Shown one piece after another: positions 51,801 to 64,000 of a DNA stretch of 64,000 nt (the stretch's first letter is position 1; every line of letters begins with the position of its first letter). Source of the stretch: Hemiscyllium ocellatum (Eukaryota); assembly GCF_020745735.1 (NCBI RefSeq), contig NC_083423.1, forward strand, positions 4,588,001 to 4,652,000. The letters run 5' to 3'. Position numbers and translations under genes: made by a program. Under the pieces are notes generated by a model. That model was not told the DNA's origin. It was given only the letters and a program-made list of their open reading frames with translations, and made no database searches.

Positions 51801-52252
51801 GTCCAGAAGATTCTCATTCTCTCGGATGAGCCTGAGGTCATCTAGTTCTTTCTTCAGTGCTTCAACATGCTCCTTCAGAAGCTGAATGTGTACACACTTT
51901 CCACAGCGATAGGAGCCACAGACACCATCAGTGTCCCCGACCTCCCACATCATGCACGCAGCACTCTGAATCAGCTCGGCAGTCATGTCTGCACCCTCTT
52001 CAACTGTGTCATAATCTCCTCACTCAGCCTCTTCGCTGAAGACTCCTGAGCCAAAGACTCGGAATATTCTCACCAGACACATCCCTCAACTCCTTTTTTT
52101 TGCTGCAAGTCTGTGGATTCTTAATTATGTTAGAGGAGGTGGGTGGGTGGGAGACCCGACTGTGTAGGACCTGGGGCCGAGACCACACCTACTAAAATAG
52201 CACTCACTAACCTTCCCAACAGTCTCTGTGCTCCGACCTCACTTCCGCCCAG
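48864..52252 (-). mobile_element. CR1 LINE with 5' end, ORF1 and most of ORF2; 3'-truncated and inactivated
   Basis: ORF1 zinc finger (SAACMMWE..YRCGKC) at 51420-51986 and SGNH esterase (CLPGARIKD, VHVGTND, DRLHLN) at 51074-51560; ORF2 APE at 50230-50900; RT at 48866-49772, ending at DAWQMQFN. Confidence 0.92.
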
Positions 52253-52815
52253 CTACGCTGCAGTGGGATATGGGTATGGTGCAGTAGAATATGGGTATGG
52301 TGAGGTGGGATATGGGTATGGTGTGGTGGCATATAGGTACATTGTGTGGGATATGGGAACGGTGCGGTGGGGTATAGATATGCTGCGGTTAGATATGGGT
52401 ACGCTATGGTGGGATATGGGAAGATTATGGTGGGAGATTAGTACGGTGCAGTGGAATATGGGTAAGTTGCAGTGGGATATTGGTACAGTGTTGTGGGATA
52501 TGGATATGGTGTGGTAGGATACAGGTACGATGCAGTGGTCATGGGTACGGTGCAGTGGGACATGGGAACGGTGTGGTGGAATATGGGTACGGTGCGGTGG
52601 GATATGGGTACGGTGCGGTGGGATACAGGTACGATGCAGTGGGATATGGGTACGGTGCGGTGGGATATGGGTACGGTGCAGTGGGACATGGGAACGGTGC
52701 GGTGGGATATGGGTACGGTGCGGTGGGATATGGGTACGGTGCGGTGGGACATGAGAACGGTGTGGTGGGATATGGGTACGGTGCGGTGGGATATGGGTAT
52801 GGTGCAGTGGGATAT
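52253..52815. repeat. 21-bp minisatellite, right block (gggatatgggtacggtgcggt)
   Basis: Same unit as the left block; more homogeneous and CpG-rich from ~52540. Confidence 0.93.
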
Positions 52816-53404
52816 TAAACTCTGGGCTAAATGATAGCATTTGAAAGCATACTGAAAGAACAATTTGTAATGAATGAATGGCACAGATTCCCAAAGCGCG
52901 TGTCTAGTTTAAAGTTACTCTAAGTAATCCTTTGCAAAAGAACATAACAGAAAGGGCTGACCAGGGCAGTGTGGTGGATACAGTTTTCCAAAGACTAAGA
53001 GCAGTCATTTGAATGAGACACTTATGTAAATACACAACAGAAAACACATTTGAGTTATGTTGCGTTTGTCACAAAAGGAAGTGATGTCCAGGAGCAATGT
53101 CCTGTTTATCACAGATACAGATCATTGGAACTTGGACATTTGATAAATAACATTAAAGTTGCATTTAATTTCAGGGGAACAAATTATGATAAATTGAAGA
53201 CAGCAGCAAAACACAGGAGAAGAGAAAGTGACTGGGTAAATAAGCAGCAGATACAGCTGAGTGTGGTGGACGATGAAGTGATCATGTTAATTGGGGAAGA
53301 TGAGGGTTTGATCATGATCTCACCCTTGGCTGTGCTGTGGTGTATGTGCTGTGGCTCACATTATGGATAAGTCAGAAGCCACCTGAGGGACAGAGAACTG
53401 TAAA

Positions 53405-53525
53405 ATCATGAAGTCAAAGATCAAATTGGTGTGGTTGGAGGACGTGGGGTGGAGCATCGAGTCCCAGGTCTTGGAGTTTGGAGATGAGTTTGGTTGGAAT
53501 GATGGTATTGAGGGTGGAGCTGGAA
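53405..53525 (-). mobile_element. Rex1/Babar-like RT fragment
   Basis: Minus-strand translation SSTLNTIIPTKLISKLQDLGL resembles the Rex1-type SSAFNTI motif. Confidence 0.6.
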
Positions 53526-53699
53526 CTGGAGATCAATGCCACGCTCAGTGTGCCAACACCAATCACCGTACGTGGAATCTGGAGTCATTGCCCCACCCCT
53601 CAAGGCCATGTCTGCAAAACAGGGCCTTGCACCCCCCAGCCTGTGTCAAATCCCTGTGTCCCCCCATGGCAGCTCTGAATTGCTTGCCACCTTCACCAG

Positions 53700-54075
53700 G
53701 TCATAGAGTCATAGAGATATACAGCACGGAAACAGACCCTTCGGTCCAACCCGTCTATGCTGACCAGATATCCCGACCCAACCTAGTCCCACCTAGCAGC
53801 ACCCGGCCCATATCCCTCCAAACCCTTCCTATTCATATACCCATCCAAATGCCTCTTAAATGTTACAATTGTACCAGCCTCCACCACTTCCTCTGGCAGC
53901 TCATTCCATACACGCACCACCCTCTGCGTGAAAAAGTTGCCCCTTAGGTATCTTTTAGATCTTTCCCCTCTCACCCTAAACCTATGCCCTCTAGTTCTGG
54001 GCTCCCCGATCCCAGGGAAAAGACTTTGTCTATTTATCCTATCCATGGCCCTCATAATTTTGTAAACCTCTATAA
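53700..54075 (-). mobile_element. CR1 3' end (young)
   Basis: gtcatagagtcatagag tail; FFTQRVVRVWNELP. Confidence 0.9.
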
Positions 54076-54944
54076 ATATGGCCCTGGGGCCAGGAACTCG
54101 GCAATATCTCAGCGGTGGTGAGCGGCAGCATTGGGCCATGGGCACCGCTGTAGGTAGTCAGTACGGTGAGTTTAGGATTGTAGCAGGAGAAAGGCGTTGC
54201 AGAGAGAAACCCTCAGTGAAACTCAGTGAGGATACGGGTTAGCCAAAATATGGGAGGATTTATTTCAAGAGACAGCACCTTCTGTTGAGTTAATTCTCTT
54301 AGCTGTTTCATTTATCACGATTATTCTTTGTAGTTTTTTTTTCGTAGTTCACCTTCTGGAATTTTTCTTTTAGAATTGTAATGAAGTTATAATGAAATGC
54401 AGACCCAATTAAACTGCCATCTGAGCTCATTTAATTGGGCTGTAGCTTCCAAGTGTATTTTATTCACCTTTCCCCAGTAATAAGCACCAGATAATTAAAT
54501 GTACAAAACACAAAGGCTGCTGAGAACTATCAGCATATATACATTTCCCAAAATTTATACAAAAATTGGCCTTTATTAATTGGAGCTTCAGGGTTTATTT
54601 CACTGTAAGGTCCATCAATATAATGACAAGATAATTCCTTCTGTGATAGGGAAATAAACTTTTGAGAATGTTGCTTCCTTATGGCATGTGTGATAATATT
54701 TTATAATTCCTGGCATGTAACACACTTTTCCAGTGTAACACTCACTCTTGTTACCATTTACCCTGACAGATTTGTATCCTCAATCTATAACTGAGCAAAG
54801 AACTCTGGTTCCCTGATCTATAAAGGGGATATTCTGATGTGAATGTGCATGTGTATTAACTATTTTTCACAAAATCTGCCACAATTTATCAAAAATAAAA
54901 TGATCTCAAGCACACAGTTTAACTTGAGTTTGCAAACATGAGGT

Positions 54945-55500
54945 TTTCTGTTCAATCCCAAGAAATGTGAGTTGGTGCATTTTGGAAGTCTAACAAGGGG
55001 AGGATATACACAGTGAATGGTGGTTCCCTAAGACGTACTGAGGAACAAAGGGCAAAAATCAGCAAAAGCTGCAGATGCTCGGAAATCTGAAACAAAGACA
55101 GAAGTTGCTGGAAAATCTCAGCAACATCTGTGGAGAGAACTCAGAGTTAACGTTTCGGGTCCAGTTCTGAGGACTGGTTCTGAGGGTCATAGGCAGTTAT
55201 TTGGATTTAGGCCACGTGGGAGAGTCGAAGACCAGTGGGCATAGTCTCAGAATAGAGGGATGCCAATTTAAAATTGAGATGGGAAGGAATTCCTACTCTC
55301 AGAGGATTGTGAGTCTACTCAGCCAGCTGTGGAGGCAGAGTTATAGACTATATGCAAGGCTGAGATAGAGATTCTTGATCAGTCGGGGAATCGAGGGCTA
55401 TGGGGAAAGAGCAGGAAGGAGGTCAGGACAGCTATGATCTCACTGATTAGTGGAACAGCCTCCAAGGGGCTAAATGACCTACTCCTGTTCCCATGTTCCT
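54945..55500 (+). mobile_element. Old CR1 fragments with an intervening decayed pLTR-like repeat (~55055-55190)
   Basis: gttcaatcccaagaaatgtgagttggtgcattttgg; gagatgggaaggaattcctactctcagagg; gcagatgctcggaaatctgaaac. Confidence 0.6.
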
Positions 55501-57774
55501 GCACCAAGGGGGAGAGTTGCTAACTTAACCACATAGAATTGTTTAAAGGTCATTCCTGATCATTTGTCAGTGGCTTGATTTTTTACGTTAGTCTGGCAGG
55601 TGAGGCAATATTTATGAAGTCAGAACAAAGGAACAGGATATTCTTTCCCTGTTAATGTTAGCGACAGCCACTTTCTGAGAATGAATCGTAGGAAGGACAG
55701 GAAAGGATTGAGGGAGCTCCGACAGCACAGAAATTAAACAGACTTTTCACGAGGGAAAGTGGAGAGCAGGGGGAGGGGAAGAGCTGCCTATTTCTGCTGG
55801 TTGATAAGAGGACAATTGCAGGGTAAAAATATAAAATCACACCAAGATTAAAGTGAGAGGTTAAAGGATTGGTCTCATGTCGAGGATTGCTTGGAATGTC
55901 TGACTTGAAGTGGCAGCAGGAGCAGAAACCATAATATTTATAAACGGAGGAATGCATAGACATTGGAAAGATGAATTACTTGCATTTATATATCGCCTTT
56001 TAGAATCTCCAATATCCAAAAGCAGTTGATAGCTCACAAAATATGTTTGAATGGCCTTCTGTATTGAAAAGTAGACGACTCTAAGGAAAAGTAGTTTTGG
56101 CTCATTAGTCTTCTTGCATTTGTACATGAGCAGGATCTGATGTGAAATTTATCTTTTGGATCTCCCAAATCTTTCACTTCTGCAGTGTTCATTGCTTGAA
56201 TCCAGGATTGTATCCACATGTTCTCAGTTTACTTTTTATTAACTTCCATCTGTGTCCTTGGGCTGTATTTCCTTCCTGTCCTTAGGAAGTGAGTTCCTGG
56301 TTTTATGTTTGGTGGTGCCATTTGGTCTCCTGTACCCCAATGGAGCACCGCTAACTGATTATGTTTTTAGACTGCAAAGTTTAAACTGTTCCAGACTTGC
56401 TTTCATTTCCTTTATACTCCGATGACTTTGGGGAAATTTCACAAGCTTAAAGAGAGTGAGACTCTTTGGCTGTTTGTGCTCTGTTCTGTGCTGTACTGCC
56501 CTTATTAAAACAGTGTCAGGCAGTTGTCAGTTTGAATCTAAGCCAGATAGAAAGTCTCCAGGTTCAAGTTCCACCCACTCTGGTGTGTTGATTAACATGT
56601 GGGTCCAATCTTGTCTGTGAGGCAGAGACCAAGATATCTTGCTTTGTGGTAGAGTTTATTAACTACTCAGTCTTACAGCTCAGGTCCTACCTGTTTAGTT
56701 CTGTTTTGGACCACCACCGTATTAACCAAGCAAATATCAGTTAGCAAGCCCTGCCCACCAGGGGCAAAGCTCCAAGGTCAGGAGTGAAGGAAGAGTAGAT
56801 AATGTACCCTGGCTCCCCTCGGTGCCACCCACTATACAAACGCCTCAAGGGTGATGGTGGACGCCATGTCTGCTCTCACTCTCTCTCGAAGGACATCCAG
56901 CCACGAGCATAATGAGGACAAAACGCAGGAGGTCGGGCAATTCCGGTTCCCTCCTTGGCCTGCTGCTTGGACTTCTTGTTGCTGTTTCCCTTTTATATCA
57001 CCCCAGTTACTTCAGTCCTTGGTATATTAGCATAAATCATTTCTATTGTCATATCTCAGAAGAAAATGTTTTTTTGCCTGTGCTGTCCAATTGAATAAAT
57101 TGTCTACAATATCAACACCCAGGTGTTGAACTGCTATAAGCTGAAGTCTGTACCTCCACCTCTGGCTGTCCTGCCTCACTCTGACTGTTACTGAAAACCT
57201 GGTCCCTCCAGCAGCCTTTGAATAGCCTTGCCAACCTCCAGTATCTCCAAGTCCTCACGATCTGCGCTAACTCCTACTCCCTGATATCCTGATGGAGTTC
57301 TGGTAGCATCCATTGTATCTAATCAATCAGTTTCTGTTTTAAATTTTCATTGTGGGATACGGGTCTCACAAGTTAGTCTTGAATTTAGTTCCCCAGTCAT
57401 ACGTCTCTCTCCTTCCTTTATCACTGCATTCCTTCTAAACCTCCTGCCCATCTCCTTACTTTCTGAATGTTGCTGTCCATTCTTGGCTAAACCTCTGTCT
57501 GTGCTGCCTCTGCCCCTGGCGTTCATCAACTCTCTATCTCACTGCTTCCTCCTCCATGAGAGAGTCACAAAGTGCAAGCAAGAAGCAAGGCAGATGATAC
57601 ATTGGCCCCCATCGCATGGGGATTTGAGTGCAGGAGTAAAGATGTCTTGCTGTAGCTGTGTAGAGCCTTGAGCAGATCTCACCCTGAGTGTTGTGTAGAG
57701 CTTTTTTCTCTTTATTGGTGGAAGAGCGACCATTGGAATCATGCCCTGGGATGGTGCGAGTGTCTTATAAGGAG

Positions 57775-58575
57775 TGATTGAGAGAACTGGGCCTGTCATC
57801 TCTAGAGTTTGAAGGGTGAGAGGCCATTTTATTAATGACTAGAAAATGCTTACATGGTGTGACAGGGTAGATGTGGATAGGATGTTTACCCCATATGGGT
57901 GATTCTAGAACACGGGGTATAGTTTCAGGATAAGGATCAGTCCATTTCACCCAGTCACAAAAATGCTACAGTGCACATGGAGGCTATTCAGCCCATCGTG
58001 CCCACACTGGCTCTTCAAACGAGTGTCATTAGCAAGTGCCAATCTCCTGCCTTTTCCCCATTCCTCTGCACATTGGTTCTATTCAAATGATCATCCAGTG
58101 CTGGTCCTGGGTGACTCACCTGAACTTGTCTCCCCCACATTTCCACACAGTGCATAACAAACCTTCACTACCTGCTGTGTGAACACATTCTCCTTCGCTT
58201 CAGAAACAGGGATTACTGGAGAAACTCGACAGCTTCAGTGGGAAGGAAGTAGGGTCCACTGGCTCTTCATCAGACCTCTGCTTTCTGCCCACAGATGCTG
58301 CCAGACCTGTTGAGTTTCCCCAGTATTTACTGTTTTTGTTTCAGATTTCCAGCACCCGCACTTCTCTCTTTTATTTTCCTCACTTCATCCTCACGTCTTT
58401 TGCACTTTAAACCTATGCCCTTGTTGGTCTTGTTTATGTTTACAAGCAGGAACAGCTTCTCCCTAACTTCTCTGTCCAGGACACTCACAAATTTGAAGAC
58501 CTCCATCAGATCTTTCTCTCAGTCTTCTTGTCTCCACAGAGAACAGTCCCAACTCCTTCAGTCTTTCCTAGCCTC
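57775..58575. mobile_element. Cluster of old CR1 3' fragments and a decayed pLTR-like hairpin (~58200-58375)
   Basis: CR1-like 3' motifs on both strands; cagatgctgccagacctgttgag. Confidence 0.55.
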
Positions 58576-58714
58576 AGAACTGAAAGATAAAGACTGAGAA
58601 TGGAGACAGATTGTGTCATTTGGTGGGGGGAGGGTAGGAAAGCAGGGAGTGAAGTTTTGTCATTCTCTACATCAGATGGCTGGGGAACCTTTCTCATTGA
58701 GCAAGTTTATGTAT

Positions 58715-59080
58715 TGATACATTTATTGTTGTCATGTGTACAGAGAAACAGTGTTTTTTGTGCTGTCAATCAGATCGTACCATGCAAGGTGCATCAGGGT
58801 AGCAGAAGAGAGAGCAGAACACACAGTTACTGAAGATCCAGAGAGAGAAAGAGAGAGAGAGAGAGATCAGAACGAAAGTTTGAGAAGTCCATTCTAAAGG
58901 CTGATAACAGCGGGGAAGAAGCTGTTTTTGAATCTGTTTGTACGTGTTTTCAAACTTGCGTATCTTCTGCCCGATGGAAGAGGGTGGGAGAGAGAATAAC
59001 CGGGGTGGGAGGGGTCTTTAATGATGGTTGTTGCTTTCCCGAGGCAGTGGGAAGTACAAGTGGAGTCGATGGATGGAGGG
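58715..59080 (-). mobile_element. Rex1/Babar-like LINE 3' end
   Basis: Paralogous to 45250-45655. Confidence 0.55.
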
Positions 59081-60304
59081 CAGCTTTCTGGAAACTAATG
59101 GCATCATGGGAGTGGAGATACTGCAGGAAAGTGAGCTAGATGATCAGCCATCAGCTAGAATGCTGGGATAAGCTCAATTGGCTGAATGGCCTACTCCTAC
59201 TTCTCTGTCCCACCTTCTTGAAATTGATCAACAATTGAAAATTTTACCTGGATCCAGTGACTGTCAGGAGAGTTCTGATGGATGGTGGGAACAAACTACA
59301 GAGATTGGGGTGGGGTGGGGATGTAGGTGGGGGAGGGTTGTCATTTTCTTAAGGAACAGTTTTCATCGTTGAGTTATTCTACCACTGAAGAATCCTCAGT
59401 GATAGCTCTAAGATTTCGGAGTGAAGCTGGCTGTACTGCAGACTGGTTATCTTTGCTAAGTTTGTTTTCCAGGCTCACACCAAGCACAAAGAAAGATTGC
59501 CTGATGGAAGCTGTTAACTTTAATCATCCTGGAACAGATTGGGCATCAGTTTGAATTGGTTGACTTCATTGAGAGGTGTAAGGAACAGGATTGATGGAGT
59601 TAGTGTAATCAGGCCTTGTGATTGAATAGTCCAGGAGTTAATCCTGACTAGTCTGAAGTTGGTGAATATTTACAAGTGTTGATGATACAGTGTGTTTTGT
59701 TAAGGAATACAAACAGAAGAATCAAAATTATTGGAGTTCCAAAGAAAGGACTCTTATGACAACGCTGAAATGTTGCTGCAGAGTTAACTGCCCACAAATT
59801 GAATTTGCTTTGAATTTGTTTACTAGAAAATGAGGCTGTGCTTGAAGCATTATTACTAAAAGCGAATCGATCAGTGCATTTCTCAGCAGCAAGAAAACAA
59901 ACAAGAAAGGGGTTCAGACTTTGCGATTACTTTATGGCATTTAAAATAGACAATGAATGGAAAGGAAATTCAATTATTAAGATTGTGAAATACTATAGTG
60001 AGAAAGTGGAGATGCGTATCCAAGTCTTTTAACAGCAGGAATATATTGGGAACAATCTCGAGAGAGACATCAGGGTTTTACTAAAAATAATGAAAGAGCA
60101 GTTAAAGAAAAACTCAGATTTCCGTTCCTGAGTTGGGAGTGCCCACCCAGGAGAAATTCGCTACCTCTAAACATGTCCATCGTCATGTCCCTTTTTTAGG
60201 CAGGGGCAGACTGATCCCTGGGAAGAATGGAGGAGGCTTCCAGCGCTCGAGGTAGGCCTGGCCAGAAAGCCCCACCTGCCGATTCCGGCACCATGTTCAA
60301 AGTT

Positions 60305-61060
60305 TAAGACCATGAGACATAGGAGCAGAAATTAGGCCATTCAGCCCATCGACTTTGCTCCACCATTCAATCATGGTTGATACATTTCTCAATGCTATTC
60401 TCCCACTTTCTCCCCATAACCCTTGACCCCCCTTGATACTCAAGAACCTATCTATCTCAGTCTTAAATATACTCAATGCCCCGGCCTCCACATCCTTCCG
60501 TGGCAGTGAATTCCACAGATTCCCCACTCTCTGGCTGAAGAAGTTTCTCCTTATCTCTGTTCTAAAATACCTTCCCTTTACTCTAAGGCTGTGCCCTCGG
60601 GGCCTAGTCTCTCCGACTAATAGAAACATCTTCCCAACATCCACTCTGTCCAGGCCATTCAGTATTCTGTAAATTTCAATTAGTTCATGCCTCATCCTTC
60701 TAAACTCGATTGACTTTAAACCCAGAGTCCTCAAACATTCCTCATATGTTAAGCTTTTCATTGCTGGGACCATTCTTGTGAACCTCCTCTGAACACGCTC
60801 CAGGGCCAGTACATCCTTGCTGAGATATGGGGCCCAGAACTGAGCACAGTACTCCAAATGTGGTCTGACCAGGGCCTTACAGAACCTCAGAAGTACATCC
60901 CTGCTTTTATATTCAAGTCCTCACAAAATAACTGCCATCATTGCATTTACCTTCCCAACTACTGACTCAACCTGCAAATTTACCATGAGAAAATCCTGGA
61001 CTAGAATTTCCAAGTCTCGTTGCCCATCAGACTTCTGAACTTTCTTCCCATTTAGAAAAT
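60305..61060 (-). mobile_element. CR1 3' fragment (ORF2 C-terminus and 3' UTR)
   Basis: EYCAQFWAPYL..LERVQRRFTRM..FFSQRVGNLWNSLP. Confidence 0.9.
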
Positions 61061-61745
61061 AAAGGTTAAAACGTAAAACATCCTTCCTGTTCTCATTCCT
61101 CTCACTGTCATGCCCTATCCATACCAAAACATGCTTTGTAACTTCTCCCTGATCCCCACACCCTTCATGCATCTTCTGCCCCACATGCTCATGTTCCCTG
61201 TGCCCTCTCTCTTGTGGTCCCACAAATCCTCTATGCTTCTAATCATCTTTCCTTTCTAGCCAACTCAGTGCCAATTCATACCCTACTCCATTCATCAAGC
61301 TTTGCACATTCCTCTTCATGCCAACTCACCTGGTATCCACCATAGATAAAGCTCAGATGGCAGGAAATAAACTCAGTTGTTCAGTTCATTGTTAGAGAAA
61401 ATAGAGTAATTAACAGTAAAAGATATTCAATGTTATGAAATTCTTCAGTCGATCCCTTAAAAAACAAACATTTCCATTCTATAAGCAATTGGAGCTGTTC
61501 ATCAAAATGTTCAATTGGTAGGCACCCCACTGTGAAAATGATAGTCTGGGAAATCAGTCAAAAACACAAATCCACAAATAGCTGATGTGAATGTTGAAAT
61601 ATTTCCTGCCTGGCTGTATGGAGCATCATGTATAAGGACAACTGGTGCATGAAAGGGTTAAATTACACCACATGATAAGCTCTACCCACCAGAATATAAC
61701 ATGCAGCTGCTGGGAGGAGCTGACCATTGAGTGAACTAGATAATC

Positions 61746-61980
61746 AGGAGAAAGTGAGGACTGCATGTGCTGAAGATCAGCGTCGAGAGTGTAGTGCTGG
61801 AAAAGCACAGCAAGTCAGATAGCATACGAGGAGCAGGAGAATCGGTGTTTTGAGCAAATCCTTTAATCAGAAATGAGGCATTCCTGATTAAGGACTTTTG
61901 CCTGAAAGATCGATTCTCCTGCTCCTCGGATGCTGCCTGACCTGCTGTGCTTTTCCAGCACTACACTCTCGACGCTGATC
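61746..61980. mobile_element. Family-A fold-back element, both HHRs decayed
   Basis: ~100-bp inverted arms (gatcagcgtcgagagtgtagtgctggaaaagcacagca / tgctgtgcttttccagcactacactctcgacgctgatc); cores mutated to ctgatta. Confidence 0.85.
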
Positions 61981-62029
61981 TAGACAACCCCCAGGCTACT
62001 GCTGCGGGTGTCAGAGCATTGGGTTCAGT

Positions 62030-62192
62030 TGAGGAGGAGACAGACAGATTTTTAAACTAGTAACAGGTTAAAGGGTTATGGAGAACGGGCAGATAATGGA
62101 GTTGAGGCCAAGCTGAGATCAGCTCTGATCTGATGGAATTGTAGAGCAGACCCAAGAGGCTGATTGGCCTTCTCCTGTTCCTAGTTCTTATG
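62030..62192 (+). mobile_element. CR1 3' end remnant
   Basis: gatcagctctgatctgatggaattg...ggccttctcctgttcctagttctt. Confidence 0.65.
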
Positions 62193-64000
62193 TGACATTC
62201 AGGCCATGCTAGTGTACAACCATTGCAGTAGAGCAGAGAGCCAAGCTGCTTCACCCTCCCTCCCTTGACAAGTTCCTAATCTGAGTCCCTCTTATTTTGA
62301 TTTCCCCAGTTCCCAGTCTGCCACCAGGAAAATCCAGCCCTTAGAGTCTTCCAGGAATCAATAAACAAGAAAGAAGCTGTTAAATCATGTGTAGATTCTG
62401 TGAAATAACCATGGCTACACATCTGACCTGGTTCCTATCAATAAATTAGTGAAACCAATCCATTTAAAAGCAGGTTTCGATGTCGAGATGATAAACTGAG
62501 TACGTGGGAAGGGTCAGCAGGCTGCTGCTGTTGAGTGTTGACCCAGGGAACTGTGGCAAGTTTCATTTCAGTTGGAGGTGGATTATTAAGGACCATGATT
62601 AGAGACACAATCCACAGTCATTTGTCTAAATTGAACCCAATCAATGGATGAGCTTAGATAGGACAGATCTTACCTGACAAAGCTGTTGGGTATTTTATTT
62701 GAGGAAGTCACAGTAAATGCTGATGAGAACGATGGTTTTGGTGTTAGATATTTGGCAATTCCTAAAGCATTACCGAGTGACCCCTTGCCAGATACTTGTC
62801 TGAGACACAAAAGATTGCGAGGGAAGACAGAACAGAGCATGTTTAAGAGGAGAAAATGGGAAAGCAGTTGTGGTGAGAAATGTTCATATTAGAATGCAAT
62901 AATTAGTAACATGCTACACAAATCAATCCGAAATATGCTCTTTCTCCTAATCTTCTTTAATGACTTGATGCAGGGATAATAAGTGCCAAATCTGCAATCA
63001 CATTATACAAAACTGTTTGAAAAAACTAAGAGTAGTTAAGATGCAGAAGCATCTGTGTGAGGTGGAGTCTCTGAGCAGATGGTTTCAGGTGATTGATTAA
63101 CATTTTTGGAGTGTAATTTAGCAGCAGAGACAGCGAGATTGCTTTTAGAATATGTTACACATTACCACTAGACATGGTTTTCTCAGCTTTCCATGTCTTT
63201 TGTTCAACTTCTGTCAAGTCTTCAGCTGGGATTTTGCAAACTTTGTGATTTTTTTTTGGTTACATTTCTGATTAACATGATTGAAGCAACACTTTCCCGT
63301 TTGCAGATCTTTGGCGCATCTTTTTTTTCTACACCCAGAAATGATGGGTTTGTACATTTTGGAAGGATGCTGAACAGTCCATCGAGTCTGAACTGGTTCT
63401 GTTTGAAAAGCAATCCACCTGATCCCGATCCTCAGTTTCTTCCCAAAATCCCTGCTATTTGTTTTCCCTGGGGTTTTATCTAATTTCCTTTCGAAGGCAG
63501 TTTTTAAATCTGTACCGACTGCTCGATCAAAGTCACAGACAGGAACTGAAAATGCTGTAGAAACTCAGCAAGTCTGGCAGCATCTGTGGAATGAGAGAGA
63601 GAGAGAGAGACAGTTAATGTTTTGAGATCACTCACCCTTCTTCAGTTCTGACAAACCATCTGCCGTTTATTTTTTTTCTGTTTAGTGAATTCAAAGTCCC
63701 AGCCTCTTATTCCGTAGAAAAGCCTCCCGTCAACTTGCCTCTAGTTCCATTGATATGCTCCATCTCCTGATTCTTGCCTGTCCAGCCAATGGAGACAGTT
63801 CCTATTGTTTAGTAGGTCTAAGCTCTTTCAATATTTTAAACTCTCTTCTTTCAGTGCTCCTCTTCACTGTCCTTGCTGCAATCTCAGCATTTCCAGTCTT
63901 AATAAAAATTTTAAAAATCTCCTGTGCACACATTGCCACGGAGAGATTGTATTTCTCCAGAACTCGACTCATAGACTCCATACTGTGTGGAAAGAGACCA

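Noticed and set aside
47874-52894. Gly/Tyr-rich 'keratin-associated or eggshell-like' ORFs (GYGYGAV repeats)
   Set aside because: Translations of a 21-bp minisatellite; no signal peptide or non-repetitive termini, frames break often, and the array is split by a CR1.

Overview
Vertebrate genomic DNA, almost certainly a shark or other elasmobranch (inferred from the HE1/V-SINE, CR1/HER1, Deu-domain SINE and Penelope repeat families). I recognise no host protein-coding gene, so the window reads as intergenic or deep-intronic. Contents: many CR1 LINE fragments, including one copy with ORF1 (zinc finger plus esterase) and ORF2 (APE plus RT) at about 48.9-52.3 kb; several Penelope-like (Poseidon-type RT plus GIY-YIG) retroelements; an internally deleted Tx1-type element nested in a CR1; Rex1/Babar remnants; a 9.85-kb 27-bp satellite with higher-order structure; a 21-bp minisatellite split by the CR1; and a 16-17-bp minisatellite. 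The most notable system is about 20 intact or decayed minimal hammerhead ribozyme (HHR) motifs in three sequence families. Several lie in ~220-bp fold-back non-autonomous elements with an HHR on each strand and 11-14-bp target-site duplications (TSDs). In the autonomous Penelope copies the ribozyme core overlaps the last codons and stop codon of the endonuclease ORF. Two exact templated duplications and several nested insertions are also visible. Family names and homologies come from recognising motifs by eye, with no database search; boundaries of old repeats are approximate.
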